From a bacterium (GTDB lineage Bacteria > Patescibacteriota > Patescibacteriia > 2-01-FULL-39-33), in assembly GCA_037130015.1 (NCBI GenBank), contig JBAXTU010000001.1, positions 5,153 through 69,152 on the forward strand: a stretch of DNA of 64,000 nt, in the 5' to 3' direction. Below are positions 27,930-38,110 of the stretch, piece by piece (the first letter of the stretch is position 1; each line of letters opens with the position of its first letter). The notes beneath the pieces are model-generated. The model was not told the origin of the DNA, ran no database searches, and worked only from the letters and a program-made list of their open reading frames with translations. The position numbers were made by a program, and so were the translations under genes.

Positions 27930-29256
27930 ACTTCAAAGCACTAATCGCTTCGCCGATATTTTTAACTGCTAAAATTTTTAGACCAGTGATATTTATTTTA
28001 TTGGTGGCCGGAATTACTGCTGAAACAAAACCCAAACGTTTGGCTTCTTTGAGTCTTCTTTCCAGTTGAGGCACACTACGAATTTCGCCTGACAAACCAA
28101 CCTCGCCAAGCAAGAGTGTTTTTTCTGGTAAAGTTTTTTCGGCGTAGGCTGAGGCTACAGCCAAACACACGGCCAAGTCAGCTGATGTTTCTTTTATTTT
28201 TAAACCGCCGGCGATATTTAAATAAATATCGTGATTGCCAGTATTTATTTTGCTATGCTTGGCCAGCACAGCGAGTAGCATTTGTAATCTGTTTAAATCA
28301 AAACCAGCCGAGCGTCTTTGCGGATAACCAAAAGAAGTTTTGCTAGCTAAGGCTTGCACTTCAATTAGAAAAGGCCGACTGCCTTCTAAAATCATGGTGG
28401 CGGAAATGCCAGGATTGGTCAGTGATAAATTTTGATCATAAAAAATTCCAGTCGGATCGGAAATTTCTTTTAGTCCACTGGCTGTCATTTCAAAAATTCC
28501 AATTTCACCAGTGGAGCCAAAACGGTTTTTGACGGTGCGTAATATTTTATAAAAATTTTGCGCGTCGTTTTCCAGATAAATTACCGTATCCACCAGATGT
28601 TCCAAAGTTTTTGGGCCGGCGACTAGGCCGTCTTTGGTGACATGGCCAATGGCGAGCACGGCAATATTTTTGGTTTTGGCTAGCGCCATAAGTTTGGCGG
28701 CTGAGGCCGTGATTTGCGAAACACTGCCGGCTGAGCCAGGGGAGTCTGCAGAATAAATTGTTTGAATGGAATCAATAATCAATAAGTCAGGTTTTTCCGC
28801 TTCGGCTGTGGCAATTATTTTTTCAACATTGGTTTCTGGTAAAAATAATAAGCGACTCAAATCACTGGTGAGTCGCACGGCGCGCATCTTGACTTGTTCG
28901 GCTGATTCTTCGCCTGAGGCGTATAAACATTTTTTTAGTTGGCCTGATAATTGCAAAGCCAAAGTTGATTTGCCAATGCCCGGATCACCACCAAGCAGTA
29001 AAAAAGAACCAACGACAATTCCACCACCAAGTACTCGGTCTAATTCATCAATATTAGTTGTCAATCTTTTTTCATTTTTTTTATCCAGGCGCGACAAATC
29101 AATGGCTTGAAGTGGACTGACAGCTGGAGATTTTTCTTTTTTTTCAATATTTTTTTCCTCAATAATGGTGCTCCATTTGCCACATTCAGTACAACGGCCT
29201 TGCCATTTGGGATATTGAGCTCCGCAGTTGGAGCAGGTGAAGATGGTGGTTATCAT
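27928..29256 (-). CDS. radA: DNA repair protein RadA/Sms
   Basis: CxxC…CxxC zinc finger, GGDPGIGKSTL, IIDSIQT, KNRFG and Lon-like C-terminus. Confidence 0.97.
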   Translation of the reverse strand: MITTIFTCSNCGAQYPKWQGRCTECGKWSTIIEEKNIEKKEKSPAVSPLQAIDLSRLDKKNEKRLTTNIDELDRVLGGGIVVGSFLLLGGDPGIGKSTLALQLSGQLKKCLYASGEESAEQVKMRAVRLTSDLSRLLFLPETNVEKIIATAEAEKPDLLIIDSIQTIYSADSPGSAGSVSQITASAAKLMALAKTKNIAVLAIGHVTKDGLVAGPKTLEHLVDTVIYLENDAQNFYKILRTVKNRFGSTGEIGIFEMTASGLKEISDPTGIFYDQNLSLTNPGISATMILEGSRPFLIEVQALASKTSFGYPQRRSAGFDLNRLQMLLAVLAKHSKINTGNHDIYLNIAGGLKIKETSADLAVCLAVASAYAEKTLPEKTLLLGEVGLSGEIRSVPQLERRLKEAKRLGFVSAVIPATNKINITGLKILAVKNIGEAISALK

Positions 29257-29258
29257 TT

Positions 29259-30197
29259 CTAGTAGTAATTAGCTTGAGCGTGCCAGTGGCGCGTGTTTTC
29301 TTGGTAATAAATTGTATCTCCTATACGATAGCAAGGCATACTGCCACAAGGATAATTTCGTGACCCGCCATCATATACTCTGGTGCCATTAGTTTGTATA
29401 TTTTGATCTAATTTATCATAGCCTGCCTCGCCAGGTTTTCTTTGAATATCATAACAATTGTCATTACAGCCATAATGATGACCAGTTTCAGTACCGCCTG
29501 TCACATCAACCACACAATTAGTGCATTGCTGTTTTAGTCTAATGGCGCTATTTACGGCTGTTGATGCTAGGCCACCAACACAAGTGCAAGAGCCATTATT
29601 GCAATCTTGGCAATTACCTGATGAAGTAATATTGACACCAGCATTATTTAAAGCTGATCTATTGGCTGTTTCGTTAGTTGGTGTATTATTTGGAGATGGT
29701 TGACCAGTTCCGGTTCCAGTAGTTGATGGTTGAGTATCTTTATTACTATTATTGCTGATATTATTATTTAATGAACTTCCTCCACTACCTGGACTGGCAG
29801 CTGAGTCCACACCTGGTCCTAATTCAGGCATGGAAATAATTGTGAGCCTGGGATTAACAAGACTTAAAACAGTATAAGATAAAAAAAATAAAATTAGTCC
29901 GGCAATGGCCGAGATGATAATATCTTTGGCTTCGTTGATGGTGCCACTGTTGCCACGAGAGGTGAGCCATTTCATACCGCCCCACATCAGCATGACTGTC
30001 ACGAGCACGCCCACAACTCCGGCAAAAAATTGATACCACAAAGAAATATATTCATCAAAACTACTGACCGTAGTTTTTGAGCCTAGGGGTACATTGAGTT
30101 TGAATTCAGTAGAGGTGGCTGAAGCGATCAAAGGAAAAATAAACCAAACAGCAATAGCTATGGAAATAAATATTTTTAAATAGGTATTTTTTTTCAT
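29259..30197 (-). CDS. VirB2/TrbC-like pilin fused to a putative Zn peptidase (M15/LAS-like)
   Basis: Signal peptide; two-TM pilin block with MWGGMKWLTSRGN; S/T/N linker; TGGTETGHH…D and terminal HWH. Confidence 0.6.
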   Translation of the reverse strand: MKKNTYLKIFISIAIAVWFIFPLIASATSTEFKLNVPLGSKTTVSSFDEYISLWYQFFAGVVGVLVTVMLMWGGMKWLTSRGNSGTINEAKDIIISAIAGLILFFLSYTVLSLVNPRLTIISMPELGPGVDSAASPGSGGSSLNNNISNNSNKDTQPSTTGTGTGQPSPNNTPTNETANRSALNNAGVNITSSGNCQDCNNGSCTCVGGLASTAVNSAIRLKQQCTNCVVDVTGGTETGHHYGCNDNCYDIQRKPGEAGYDKLDQNIQTNGTRVYDGGSRNYPCGSMPCYRIGDTIYYQENTRHWHAQANYY

Positions 30198-31419
30198 TTT
30201 AATTTATTTAGTAGCCGTTTTCTTTGTAATAATTATAATAACCGCCAGCAACACTCTCATAATTTTTGGTTTCAGCATAATCATTACCATGACAGCAATT
30301 ATATCTCATGCCATCTTGACAATCAACACTTGGAGCTACTGCATTTGGGCCACCATTGTAATAAGCAAATTTATCAGGCAAATTTAGGGGTTTGTTCGTG
30401 ATTGGGTTTTTAATATCGTTTGCTTGACTGAAATAGGCAGCACCAATTGCTATATTTTTCTCAGGATTAGCCATTAGCCAGTTACCGTCTATTGATGAAG
30501 CGTTTATACTTGAAAAATCTGCTCCATATTTTGGGTCTTTAACAACACCTTGGGCCGTGCCTGGTAAAAGTTGTGTTAATCCAAAAGCATTAGAGCCACT
30601 AGGAGGAACATTAGTATTGCCTCCACTTTCAATAGCTACTAAAGCGCGAAGCGCATTAGCATCAACATTATATTTATCAGAATAAGTGTTTATCCATCCA
30701 TTTATTTCAGGAGACATAGCGGGTGGTTTTAGTGGAGGCATGTTAGATAAACTTGGGTCATAAGATACGACACCAGCAGTAGCATTACTGCAATCAGCAG
30801 TGGACCTATCATTGAGTTTGCCACCGCCAGTATTACCTCCTCCACTACCACCAGCGCCACTTCCTCCACTTGCCGAACTAACTCCCGATCCTGGACTAGC
30901 AGGTGAGGCCACGCCCGGTCCTAATTCAGGCATGGAAATTTTAACCAATTCCGGATTGACCATATATAAAATAGTATAAGACCCGAACATTATAATCAAT
31001 CCGACGATAGCAGAAAAAATTGTGTCCTTGGCTTCATTGATAGTGCCACTATTGCCACGAGAGGTGAGCCATTTCATACCGCCCCACATGATCATGACCG
31101 TGGCCAAAACACCAATAACACCAACTAAAAGTTGATACCAAAAACCGATATACTCAGGAAAGCTGGCGACTGTTTTGTTATTGCCTAGTGGTACATTGAG
31201 GCAAAATTCACCAGCTTTGGCTGTACAGGCTTGAACGCTAGTAGAGGCAGACTTGTCTGGCATGGTCATGGTAAGTAGTCGCGGATTTACATATTGTAAA
31301 ATAGTATAAGACAGCATGACGAGCACCAAACCAATAATGCCGGAGAAAATAGTTTCTTTGGCTTCATTGATTGTGCCACTGTTACCACGAGAGGTGAGCC
31401 ATTTCATACCGCCCCACAT
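29953..31419. repeat. Three identical 35-bp cores in pilin domains (29953-29987, 31055-31089, 31385-31419)
   Basis: ccacgagaggtgagccatttcataccgccccacat occurs three times, with similar flanks. Confidence 0.9.
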
Positions 31420-32004
31420 GATCATGACTGTGGCGATGATTCCCACTATGCCCACTATAAAATTGTACCAAACATTTACATAATCAGCGAAAGTGCTGTT
31501 GGTGAAATCTTGAGCCACTCCGGCTGTGAATTTGCCGATAGTGACATTGGGAGTGAATTGTATTGGGGCGGCTGGAGTAGTTGGGGTTGGGGCGGCTGGA
31601 GTAGTTGGGGTAGTCATGCCATTTGTTCCAATTACACCGTTATTGAGCAGGTTAGATCCTGTATTATAATCTTTGCCATTAAGTTGTTTGGCAATATAAA
31701 CAAAGTCTTTTGATAAGTTTAAACTATCCAGATTGGAAACATTATGCCACGGGCCATATATAGTATCCCCAGTGTAGCTGTGATAATACCATTTGCCACT
31801 ATCGTAATCAAAAGCAAAAAGTTCCCGTGCGTTAGCCTCCTTGCTATCAACAGTTATTATCGGTGACAGTTTTAAAGCTAAAGCATTATTTATTGGTAAT
31901 AAAACAAAAAAAAGATTGCACGCCAAAAACAAACCCAAGGTAAAGGCGAAGATTTTTTTGCTTGTCTGCCGGTAGGCAGGGTTTTTCTTATGTTGCTTTT
32001 TCAT
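30208..32004 (-). CDS. Tandem VirB2/TrbC-like pilin domains fused to an SLT lytic transglycosylase
   Basis: Two pilin blocks, a Gly/Ser linker, and SLT motifs AIESGG, AFGLTQL, NIAIGAAY and YNGG. Confidence 0.8.
   Translation of the reverse strand: MKKQHKKNPAYRQTSKKIFAFTLGLFLACNLFFVLLPINNALALKLSPIITVDSKEANARELFAFDYDSGKWYYHSYTGDTIYGPWHNVSNLDSLNLSKDFVYIAKQLNGKDYNTGSNLLNNGVIGTNGMTTPTTPAAPTPTTPAAPIQFTPNVTIGKFTAGVAQDFTNSTFADYVNVWYNFIVGIVGIIATVMIMWGGMKWLTSRGNSGTINEAKETIFSGIIGLVLVMLSYTILQYVNPRLLTMTMPDKSASTSVQACTAKAGEFCLNVPLGNNKTVASFPEYIGFWYQLLVGVIGVLATVMIMWGGMKWLTSRGNSGTINEAKDTIFSAIVGLIIMFGSYTILYMVNPELVKISMPELGPGVASPASPGSGVSSASGGSGAGGSGGGNTGGGKLNDRSTADCSNATAGVVSYDPSLSNMPPLKPPAMSPEINGWINTYSDKYNVDANALRALVAIESGGNTNVPPSGSNAFGLTQLLPGTAQGVVKDPKYGADFSSINASSIDGNWLMANPEKNIAIGAAYFSQANDIKNPITNKPLNLPDKFAYYNGGPNAVAPSVDCQDGMRYNCCHGNDYAETKNYESVAGGYYNYYKENGY
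31563..31610. repeat. 24-bp tandem duplication encoding a (T)PTTPAAP linker twice
   Basis: ttggggcggctggagtagttgggg x2. Confidence 0.9.
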
Positions 32005-32198
32005 TATTTTTGTTGCACTGTGCTGATGGTGCCGGGAATTATTATTGTTGTGGGCTCAGTTGAAACAGGTGAAGCTATTTTTAGTGGTGCTTTATAAAAA
32101 ACAGAAATAGCGGCCGGTATACTTATTAATAAAAAAATAAATATTAAAATAAAAATTATGATTTTTAAATAATCTGTTGGTTTTTTGTCTTTGGTCAT
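32004..32198 (-). CDS. Small single-TM protein
   Basis: 64 aa; tightly packed in the operon (stop overlaps the next ATG). Confidence 0.55.
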   Translation of the reverse strand: MTKDKKPTDYLKIIIFILIFIFLLISIPAAISVFYKAPLKIASPVSTEPTTIIIPGTISTVQQK

Positions 32199-32203
32199 AT
32201 AGT

Positions 32204-33448
32204 TTATGGCAAGGTCACTTTATAAACACGATTGTCAGTGGTATTGGTATAAAAAATAGTTTTACCATCAGGTGAGACACTCATTTGGCCGATGGTGGTA
32301 TTGGGATTGGCTACCATATTTTCAGCGCCGGTTTTTAGATTAATTTGATAAATACTTTCTGGCAGGCCGTCTGCAATATTTGGTTGAAGTCCTGCGCCAT
32401 AGGGCAGATTTTGTGGCACGGAACAATAGACATGATCAGCGTCGCCAAAAGTGCATTTGTTGCCCCAAGTATTGATGCCGAGTGCTTGGCGATTATTGCC
32501 GATAGAATCAGTGCTGGCATCGGCCACCCAAAGAGTGGGTTGAAAATTATTGCTGGGATCATAGACGCTGTACAAAACTTTACTGCCATCAGGTGACCAT
32601 TGGCCACGGAAGTCACGACCTTCAACAATCATGAGTTTGAAATTTTCATGATTTTGTCCGACAAAATAAACATTTGATCGGCCTGCATCACGGCCTTCAG
32701 AAAAGGTGGCAATCACTTGATTATTGGGTGACCAAGCTGATTGGAATTTGTCTTCTACTCCGCCAATGTCCTCTATGCTTTTGGCTTGAGTGCCGTCATA
32801 ATTGGCAATGGCTAAAAAACGATTTTCTTTGTCCAAGGCAATACTTTTAAAAACAATTTGGTCGTCTCTGAGAGAAAAAGAAAAGTCAGTCCAATGGCTG
32901 GGCAAGGTGATTTGTTTGTCAGTGGTGAAGTCATACATAATTGTAGAGCCATCAGGATAAGTTAGGACGGCACGGTTTTTGGTGTTGCCCCAAGTGACGC
33001 TTTGTACATTATGAAAAATTTTGTCACTAAAGGCTGTTAATTTTCCGTCAGTGCCCAGAATATTAAATTTACCAGTGTCAGGATTATAATAAATAACTTC
33101 ACCTTTACTGTTGGTGGTGGTAAAAAATGAGGTTTCTTTGGTAATGGCTTGAGATTCTCCGGGTGCAGTTGATGTGACTATGGTGATTGGTGGAGTGGTG
33201 GTTGGAGTAGTTGGAATGTTTTCGGCAGGTATGAGCTGGCCGTTGACATTAACAAAAATTCGGCCATTAACATTGATATTGCCGGTCGGTGGCAAACCAT
33301 TAATGTTGGCGTTGTTGACTACTGGCTGATTAATCATGGGAGCAAACAAAGTGCGCCAGAAAAAATAATAAATCATCAGTCCCATTAAAATGGCCGAGAT
33401 AATAATCATAGCAATGATGCCGATTTTTTTCCAATCAAGTTTATTCAT
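32204..33448 (-). CDS. Membrane-anchored beta-propeller (TolB/WD40-like) protein
   Basis: N-terminal TM, N/T/P-rich linker, WSPNN, WSPDG and VSPDG repeats. Confidence 0.75.
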   Translation of the reverse strand: MNKLDWKKIGIIAMIIISAILMGLMIYYFFWRTLFAPMINQPVVNNANINGLPPTGNINVNGRIFVNVNGQLIPAENIPTTPTTTPPITIVTSTAPGESQAITKETSFFTTTNSKGEVIYYNPDTGKFNILGTDGKLTAFSDKIFHNVQSVTWGNTKNRAVLTYPDGSTIMYDFTTDKQITLPSHWTDFSFSLRDDQIVFKSIALDKENRFLAIANYDGTQAKSIEDIGGVEDKFQSAWSPNNQVIATFSEGRDAGRSNVYFVGQNHENFKLMIVEGRDFRGQWSPDGSKVLYSVYDPSNNFQPTLWVADASTDSIGNNRQALGINTWGNKCTFGDADHVYCSVPQNLPYGAGLQPNIADGLPESIYQINLKTGAENMVANPNTTIGQMSVSPDGKTIFYTNTTDNRVYKVTLP

Positions 33449-33478
33449 AAAATATTTATATTTATTTGTTTATAAAGT

Positions 33479-34729
33479 TTATTGCCCGGTAGCTTTTTTT
33501 ATAACTTCCGTTGCTACTCCTGCCTTAACTCCTTCTCCGGAAATAATTCCTTTGGTTCCTCCTTTGACTACATCCCAATAAGTCCAATTACCATTAACAA
33601 ATTGATAACCTCCATAAATGATGGCCGCGAAAATACTAGCCACAATCACATCCAAAAGTGCCAACAAAATAATTTCAATCCATTTGGCCAGTTCTTTGGG
33701 CATCCATTTGCCTATCAAATAATCATCGCCGAAATCACACACCCAGTTGGGAAAAACATTAGCCACCACCAAGTGACCATTAAGATAGAGTAGTGAAAGA
33801 AAAGTCCAATCCAGCCAAACTGAGCCCCAAAAAGTGGTGAGTGAAACCGCGCTGGCTTGTTTGACACCAGCACTGGTTAATTTTTTGGCTGGGTCTTCTT
33901 TGTCTTCTTTTGATTTTTCAGATTCGCTATTTTCTTTTGATTTTTTATTTCTAGCTTCATTAATTTTTGAATTTGGATCGTTGTTGGCTGTGTCTTCCTG
34001 GTCATTTTTTGCCGGGTTTTTCTTTTTGTCTTCATTTTCTTCATTAGTAGGAATAGGTTTAGCTTCAGGAGTTTTGCCTCCTTCGTCTGCTTCTTTACCA
34101 CCGCCTTTTAAGTCTTGCTGGGGATCGCCTTTTTTTTCTTCGTTATTATTTTCTGATTTGTCTTTTGGCGCCAAACCTTCTTCTTTCATCAATTCTTGAG
34201 CTGCCGGGCTGGCATTATCAAATTGTCTTTGTTTTTGTTCATCGTCTAATGGAGCTTCTCGGCCAGTAATATTGGCCGCATCATCAACCATTTTTTTGTT
34301 GGGACCACTGACGCCACCGCCTAGTTTTGAAGTGTCTATATTTCCTTGTCCAGATTGGGAATTTTTTTCCTGTTCCAGTCTTTTGGCATTTCTAAGTCTG
34401 TCTAATTCATGTTCTTGATTGTCTGGTTGATAAAGAGATTGTTGCTGGTCGCCATAAGCTGACAGGGGAGTATTGGGAGTGTAGTTTCTTGGAGATTGCC
34501 GGCTTTGAGCAGATTGATTAGTATTATCTGACGCTTCTTGTTCGTCATTTTCTTCATCGCCTTCCGATTCTTCATCTTCTTCTTCATCTTCGTTGTCTTC
34601 ATCATCATCTTTATTGTTTTGGCCGGGAAATTTCAGGATATTATCAGGTTTTTTACGGCCAGAATTAAAATTTTCGTCAGCGGACGGATTTTGTAATTGA
34701 TGGGCTAGATTGTCAGATGAAGAGGCCAA
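33479..34729 (-). CDS. Hypothetical protein: long acidic disordered N-terminus plus C-terminal TMs
   Basis: TTG start, D/E/K/N/Q-rich ~290 aa, hydrophobic C-terminal helices. Confidence 0.65.
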   Translation of the reverse strand: MASSSDNLAHQLQNPSADENFNSGRKKPDNILKFPGQNNKDDDEDNEDEEEDEESEGDEENDEQEASDNTNQSAQSRQSPRNYTPNTPLSAYGDQQQSLYQPDNQEHELDRLRNAKRLEQEKNSQSGQGNIDTSKLGGGVSGPNKKMVDDAANITGREAPLDDEQKQRQFDNASPAAQELMKEEGLAPKDKSENNNEEKKGDPQQDLKGGGKEADEGGKTPEAKPIPTNEENEDKKKNPAKNDQEDTANNDPNSKINEARNKKSKENSESEKSKEDKEDPAKKLTSAGVKQASAVSLTTFWGSVWLDWTFLSLLYLNGHLVVANVFPNWVCDFGDDYLIGKWMPKELAKWIEIILLALLDVIVASIFAAIIYGGYQFVNGNWTYWDVVKGGTKGIISGEGVKAGVATEVIKKATGQ

Positions 34730-34758
34730 ATTTTTTGATATAAAAAATAAAGACAGAA

Positions 34759-37218
34759 TTATTTTTCTGCCTTTATTATACCATTTTTTGCTGTGACAAG
34801 TATAGTGTCACCTGGGGAGATCTCATCACGCAATATTTTTTCTGATAATAGTGTTTCAATCAGCTCTTGAATTGTTTTTTTAATACCGCGCGCGCCTTGT
34901 TCTCGGTCGCGACTATTTTGATTTATCAGTTTAATGGCCGAATTATTAAAGTTAAGAGTAATATTTTTTTTGAGTAATCGCTGGGAAATTTCCATCAGTT
35001 CTAATTTGACGATTTTTTCCATTGACGCATCATCAAGATTTTGAAAATAAATTATTTTATCCAAACGGTTTAGAAATTCAATTTTGAAATGATTTTTGGC
35101 TTGTGAGTATATTTTTTCTTTAAAATCAGTGGAGTCAAAATTGGCAATTTCGCCAAAACCAATGTCGCCTTTGCCCCCAAAAAGCTCTGAACCAAGATTT
35201 GAGGTGAGTATTATAATCGTATTTCTAAAATTTATTTTGGTGCCACTGGCATCGGTGAGGTAGCCATCGTCCAAAACTTGCAAGAGCAAATCAAAAACAT
35301 GGGAATCGGCTTTTTCAATTTCGTCATATAAAACCAATGAATATGGCCGGCGTTTCACTTTTTCTGTGAGATGCCCGCTTTCTTTGTAGCCAACATAGCC
35401 GGCTGGAGCGCCTATAAGTTTGGAAATATTGAATCTTTCGCTATATTCTGAGGCATCAACCCTGATGAGCGCTTGTTCGTCGCCAAATAAGGCTTTGGCC
35501 AGCGTTTTGGCAGTGTGTGTTTTGCCAACGCCTGACGGGCCTACCAAAAGAAAAGAGGCGAGTGGTTTGTTTTCCGGGGTAAGTCCGGCTTTGGCTCGTC
35601 TGATAAATTCGGCGATGCTATTTACCGCTTGATCTTGGCCGATAATTTTTTCGCCTAAATGTTTGTTTATATTTAAGATTTTCTTTTTTTCTGACAAAAG
35701 CAAATCATGAAGAGGCATGCCCGTGACCCGAGAAATAACTTTGGCAATATCTGTGGCTGTTATTTGGCCAGTGGTTTTTTCTTTTTTATTATCAATTTTA
35801 TTTTTTAATTGTTCCAGTCTGGCAACAATTTTTTGTAGCTGTTCTTTTTGAATAATAGCACTGGCAAAGTCTTCTTGTTCTATGGCTGTTTCTTTGGCAG
35901 ATTTTACAACTGCTAATTGTTTTTGCAAATTTTTGAGTTCTTTTTCGGTTGTGGATAATTTTTTGGCCACTTTTATGCCAGCCATGGCTTCGTCTATCAG
36001 ATCAATGGCTTTGTCCGGCAAGAATTTTTCCGGCAAATATCTGTGGCTTAGTTCCACGGCCGTGTAAATGGCTTCATCAGAAATGGCCACGCCATGAAAA
36101 TTTTCAAAATTTTCTTTCAGTCCATGCAGGATTTTTTTGGTCGCCTCAATGCTTGGTTCGTCAATTTTGATAGTTTGAAAACGGCGTTCCAGGGCTGGAT
36201 CATTTTCAATTGATTTGTGATAGTCGGCAAAAGTGGTGGCACCGATGCAACGAATTTCACCTCGCGCCAAAGCTGGTTTCAGGATATTGGCCGCATCCAT
36301 AGAACCACTGGCCGAGCCAGCACCCACCAAATTGTGGATTTCATCAATAAATAAAATTATTTCTGGCCGTCTTTTGGCTTCTTCTATGACTTGTTTGAGT
36401 CGTTGTTCAAATTCACCGCGATAAATCGTGCCAGCCACGGCCGAGGTGAGATCAAGCGTATAAATTTTTTTGTCCAACAAAATTTCCGGCACTTGGCCCA
36501 GACTGATTTTTTTGGCCAATCCTTCCACAATAGCGGTTTTGCCAACGCCAGGTTCGCCCAGTATGAGGGGATTATTTTTGAATCTGCGGGATAAAATTTG
36601 AATAATGCGTTCAATTTCAGCTTCACGGCCAATGACCGGATCAATGTTTTCTTGGAATTTTTTATTGGTCAGATTGCGTCCTAAAACATCCAAAATACTA
36701 GTTTGGTTTTGTTTTTTATTTTTTTTGCGATCACTGACACGAAAGGCCGCGGTCACTTCCGGCAGTTTGGAAGCGCTTTTTAGTAGTAGAGTTGTTTGCT
36801 CAACAATATCAGTTTCATTTATTTTTAAAAGTTTAAAAAGACTTTTAATATTTTGATTTTCAATTTGAATAATAGAGGCCAGTAAATGTTCTGTGCCTAT
36901 ATATTGATGGCCATTGGTATAGGCGATTTGTACGGCTTTTTGGATTAAAGTTTTGGCGGTCGCCGAAAAAGCTGGATAAATATCGTCGCTGTTGGCGGTT
37001 TCTGTTTGGCTAATTTTGGCAATTTGATTTTTTACTTCTTCAACTTTTATTTCCATGGCCGTGAATAATTCCGCGGCCACACTGCCACGCTGACTGATTA
37101 GACCATACAAAATATGCAAGGGTTCAATTTGCGGTTGTTTTAATTCCAACGCCAAATCAGCTCCTTTTTTTAGGGAGTGTTTGAAATTATTAGAAAATTT
37201 ATTCAGGGTTTCTTTCAT
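34759..37218 (-). CDS. clpC: ATP-dependent Clp protease ATP-binding subunit ClpC
   Basis: Clp N repeats (EHLL), GEPGVGKT and GPSGVGKT Walker A motifs, UVR-like coiled coil, IGF loop. Confidence 0.9.
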   Translation of the reverse strand: MKETLNKFSNNFKHSLKKGADLALELKQPQIEPLHILYGLISQRGSVAAELFTAMEIKVEEVKNQIAKISQTETANSDDIYPAFSATAKTLIQKAVQIAYTNGHQYIGTEHLLASIIQIENQNIKSLFKLLKINETDIVEQTTLLLKSASKLPEVTAAFRVSDRKKNKKQNQTSILDVLGRNLTNKKFQENIDPVIGREAEIERIIQILSRRFKNNPLILGEPGVGKTAIVEGLAKKISLGQVPEILLDKKIYTLDLTSAVAGTIYRGEFEQRLKQVIEEAKRRPEIILFIDEIHNLVGAGSASGSMDAANILKPALARGEIRCIGATTFADYHKSIENDPALERRFQTIKIDEPSIEATKKILHGLKENFENFHGVAISDEAIYTAVELSHRYLPEKFLPDKAIDLIDEAMAGIKVAKKLSTTEKELKNLQKQLAVVKSAKETAIEQEDFASAIIQKEQLQKIVARLEQLKNKIDNKKEKTTGQITATDIAKVISRVTGMPLHDLLLSEKKKILNINKHLGEKIIGQDQAVNSIAEFIRRAKAGLTPENKPLASFLLVGPSGVGKTHTAKTLAKALFGDEQALIRVDASEYSERFNISKLIGAPAGYVGYKESGHLTEKVKRRPYSLVLYDEIEKADSHVFDLLLQVLDDGYLTDASGTKINFRNTIIILTSNLGSELFGGKGDIGFGEIANFDSTDFKEKIYSQAKNHFKIEFLNRLDKIIYFQNLDDASMEKIVKLELMEISQRLLKKNITLNFNNSAIKLINQNSRDREQGARGIKKTIQELIETLLSEKILRDEISPGDTILVTAKNGIIKAEK

Positions 37219-37222
37219 TTTT

Positions 37223-38107
37223 TTACGCCATTTCCCTTAATTTTTTAATTCTGTCATCAATGGGCGGGTGAGTGGAAAAGGCATTGCTCATAAAGCCGGC
37301 TTTTTTGAAAGGATTGGCAATATACAAATGAGCTGTGGCGTTATTGGCATGAGACATTTGAGTGCTATCGTTTTTTATTTTTTCCAAGGCATTGGCTAAT
37401 CCGGCTGGGTAGCGGGTGAGAAGCGCGCCAGAAGCGTCGGCTAGATATTCTCGTTTTCTGGAAATAGCCAATTTGATGAGTTCGGCGATAATTGGAGATA
37501 AAATAATAAGTATAATGCCGACAATGGCCAAAATTGCACCTAAATTGCCTTTGTTGTCATTATCACTTCTGCTACCGCCAAAAAATCTTGAACGCCAAAA
37601 GAAATCAGCGATAAGTGTGGTGACTCCCACCAGAATAATGACAATCATCATAAGTCTGATGTCATAATTTTTGACATGTGATAATTCATGGGCAATGACG
37701 CCTTCTAATTCCTCGTTTTCTAAACGTGCAATAGCGCCGGTGGTGATGGCGATTGAGGCATGTTTTGGATCACGACCGGTGGCAAAAGCATTAATGGCTT
37801 GATCATCAATTAAATAAATTTTGGGCATTTGCAATCCTGCTGTGATGCAAAGATTTTCTACCAAATGATAAACTTCTTGGTTGTCTGATTCTTTAATTTG
37901 TTTGGCGCCGGCCGTGGCTAGGGCCACCTTATCACCGGCAAAATAGCCAAACAAGCTCATAAAAATAGAAATAATAATGGCAGAAACAAAAATGCCAGCG
38001 TCATTAAATGAATAACTCAAAAACCAACCCAACCCAGAAATAAGCAAGGTAAAAATAATTATCAAAAGCCAGGTTTTTCTTTTGTTGGAATCTATTTGAT
38101 TATACAT
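37223..38107 (-). CDS. htpX: M48 zinc metalloprotease HtpX
   Basis: NAFATG, HELSH, SRKREYLAD and STHPP motifs. Confidence 0.93.
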   Translation of the reverse strand: MYNQIDSNKRKTWLLIIIFTLLISGLGWFLSYSFNDAGIFVSAIIISIFMSLFGYFAGDKVALATAGAKQIKESDNQEVYHLVENLCITAGLQMPKIYLIDDQAINAFATGRDPKHASIAITTGAIARLENEELEGVIAHELSHVKNYDIRLMMIVIILVGVTTLIADFFWRSRFFGGSRSDNDNKGNLGAILAIVGIILIILSPIIAELIKLAISRKREYLADASGALLTRYPAGLANALEKIKNDSTQMSHANNATAHLYIANPFKKAGFMSNAFSTHPPIDDRIKKLREMA

Positions 38108-38110
38108 TGT

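Noticed and set aside
29953-31419. CRISPR array from 35-bp identical repeats
   Set aside because: Only three copies, irregularly spaced hundreds of bp apart, all in frame within pilin domains; no cas genes.
35950-35958. TGTGGATAA DnaA box suggesting an origin of replication
   Set aside because: It is a single box inside clpC coding sequence, with no box cluster, DUE or dnaA gene.
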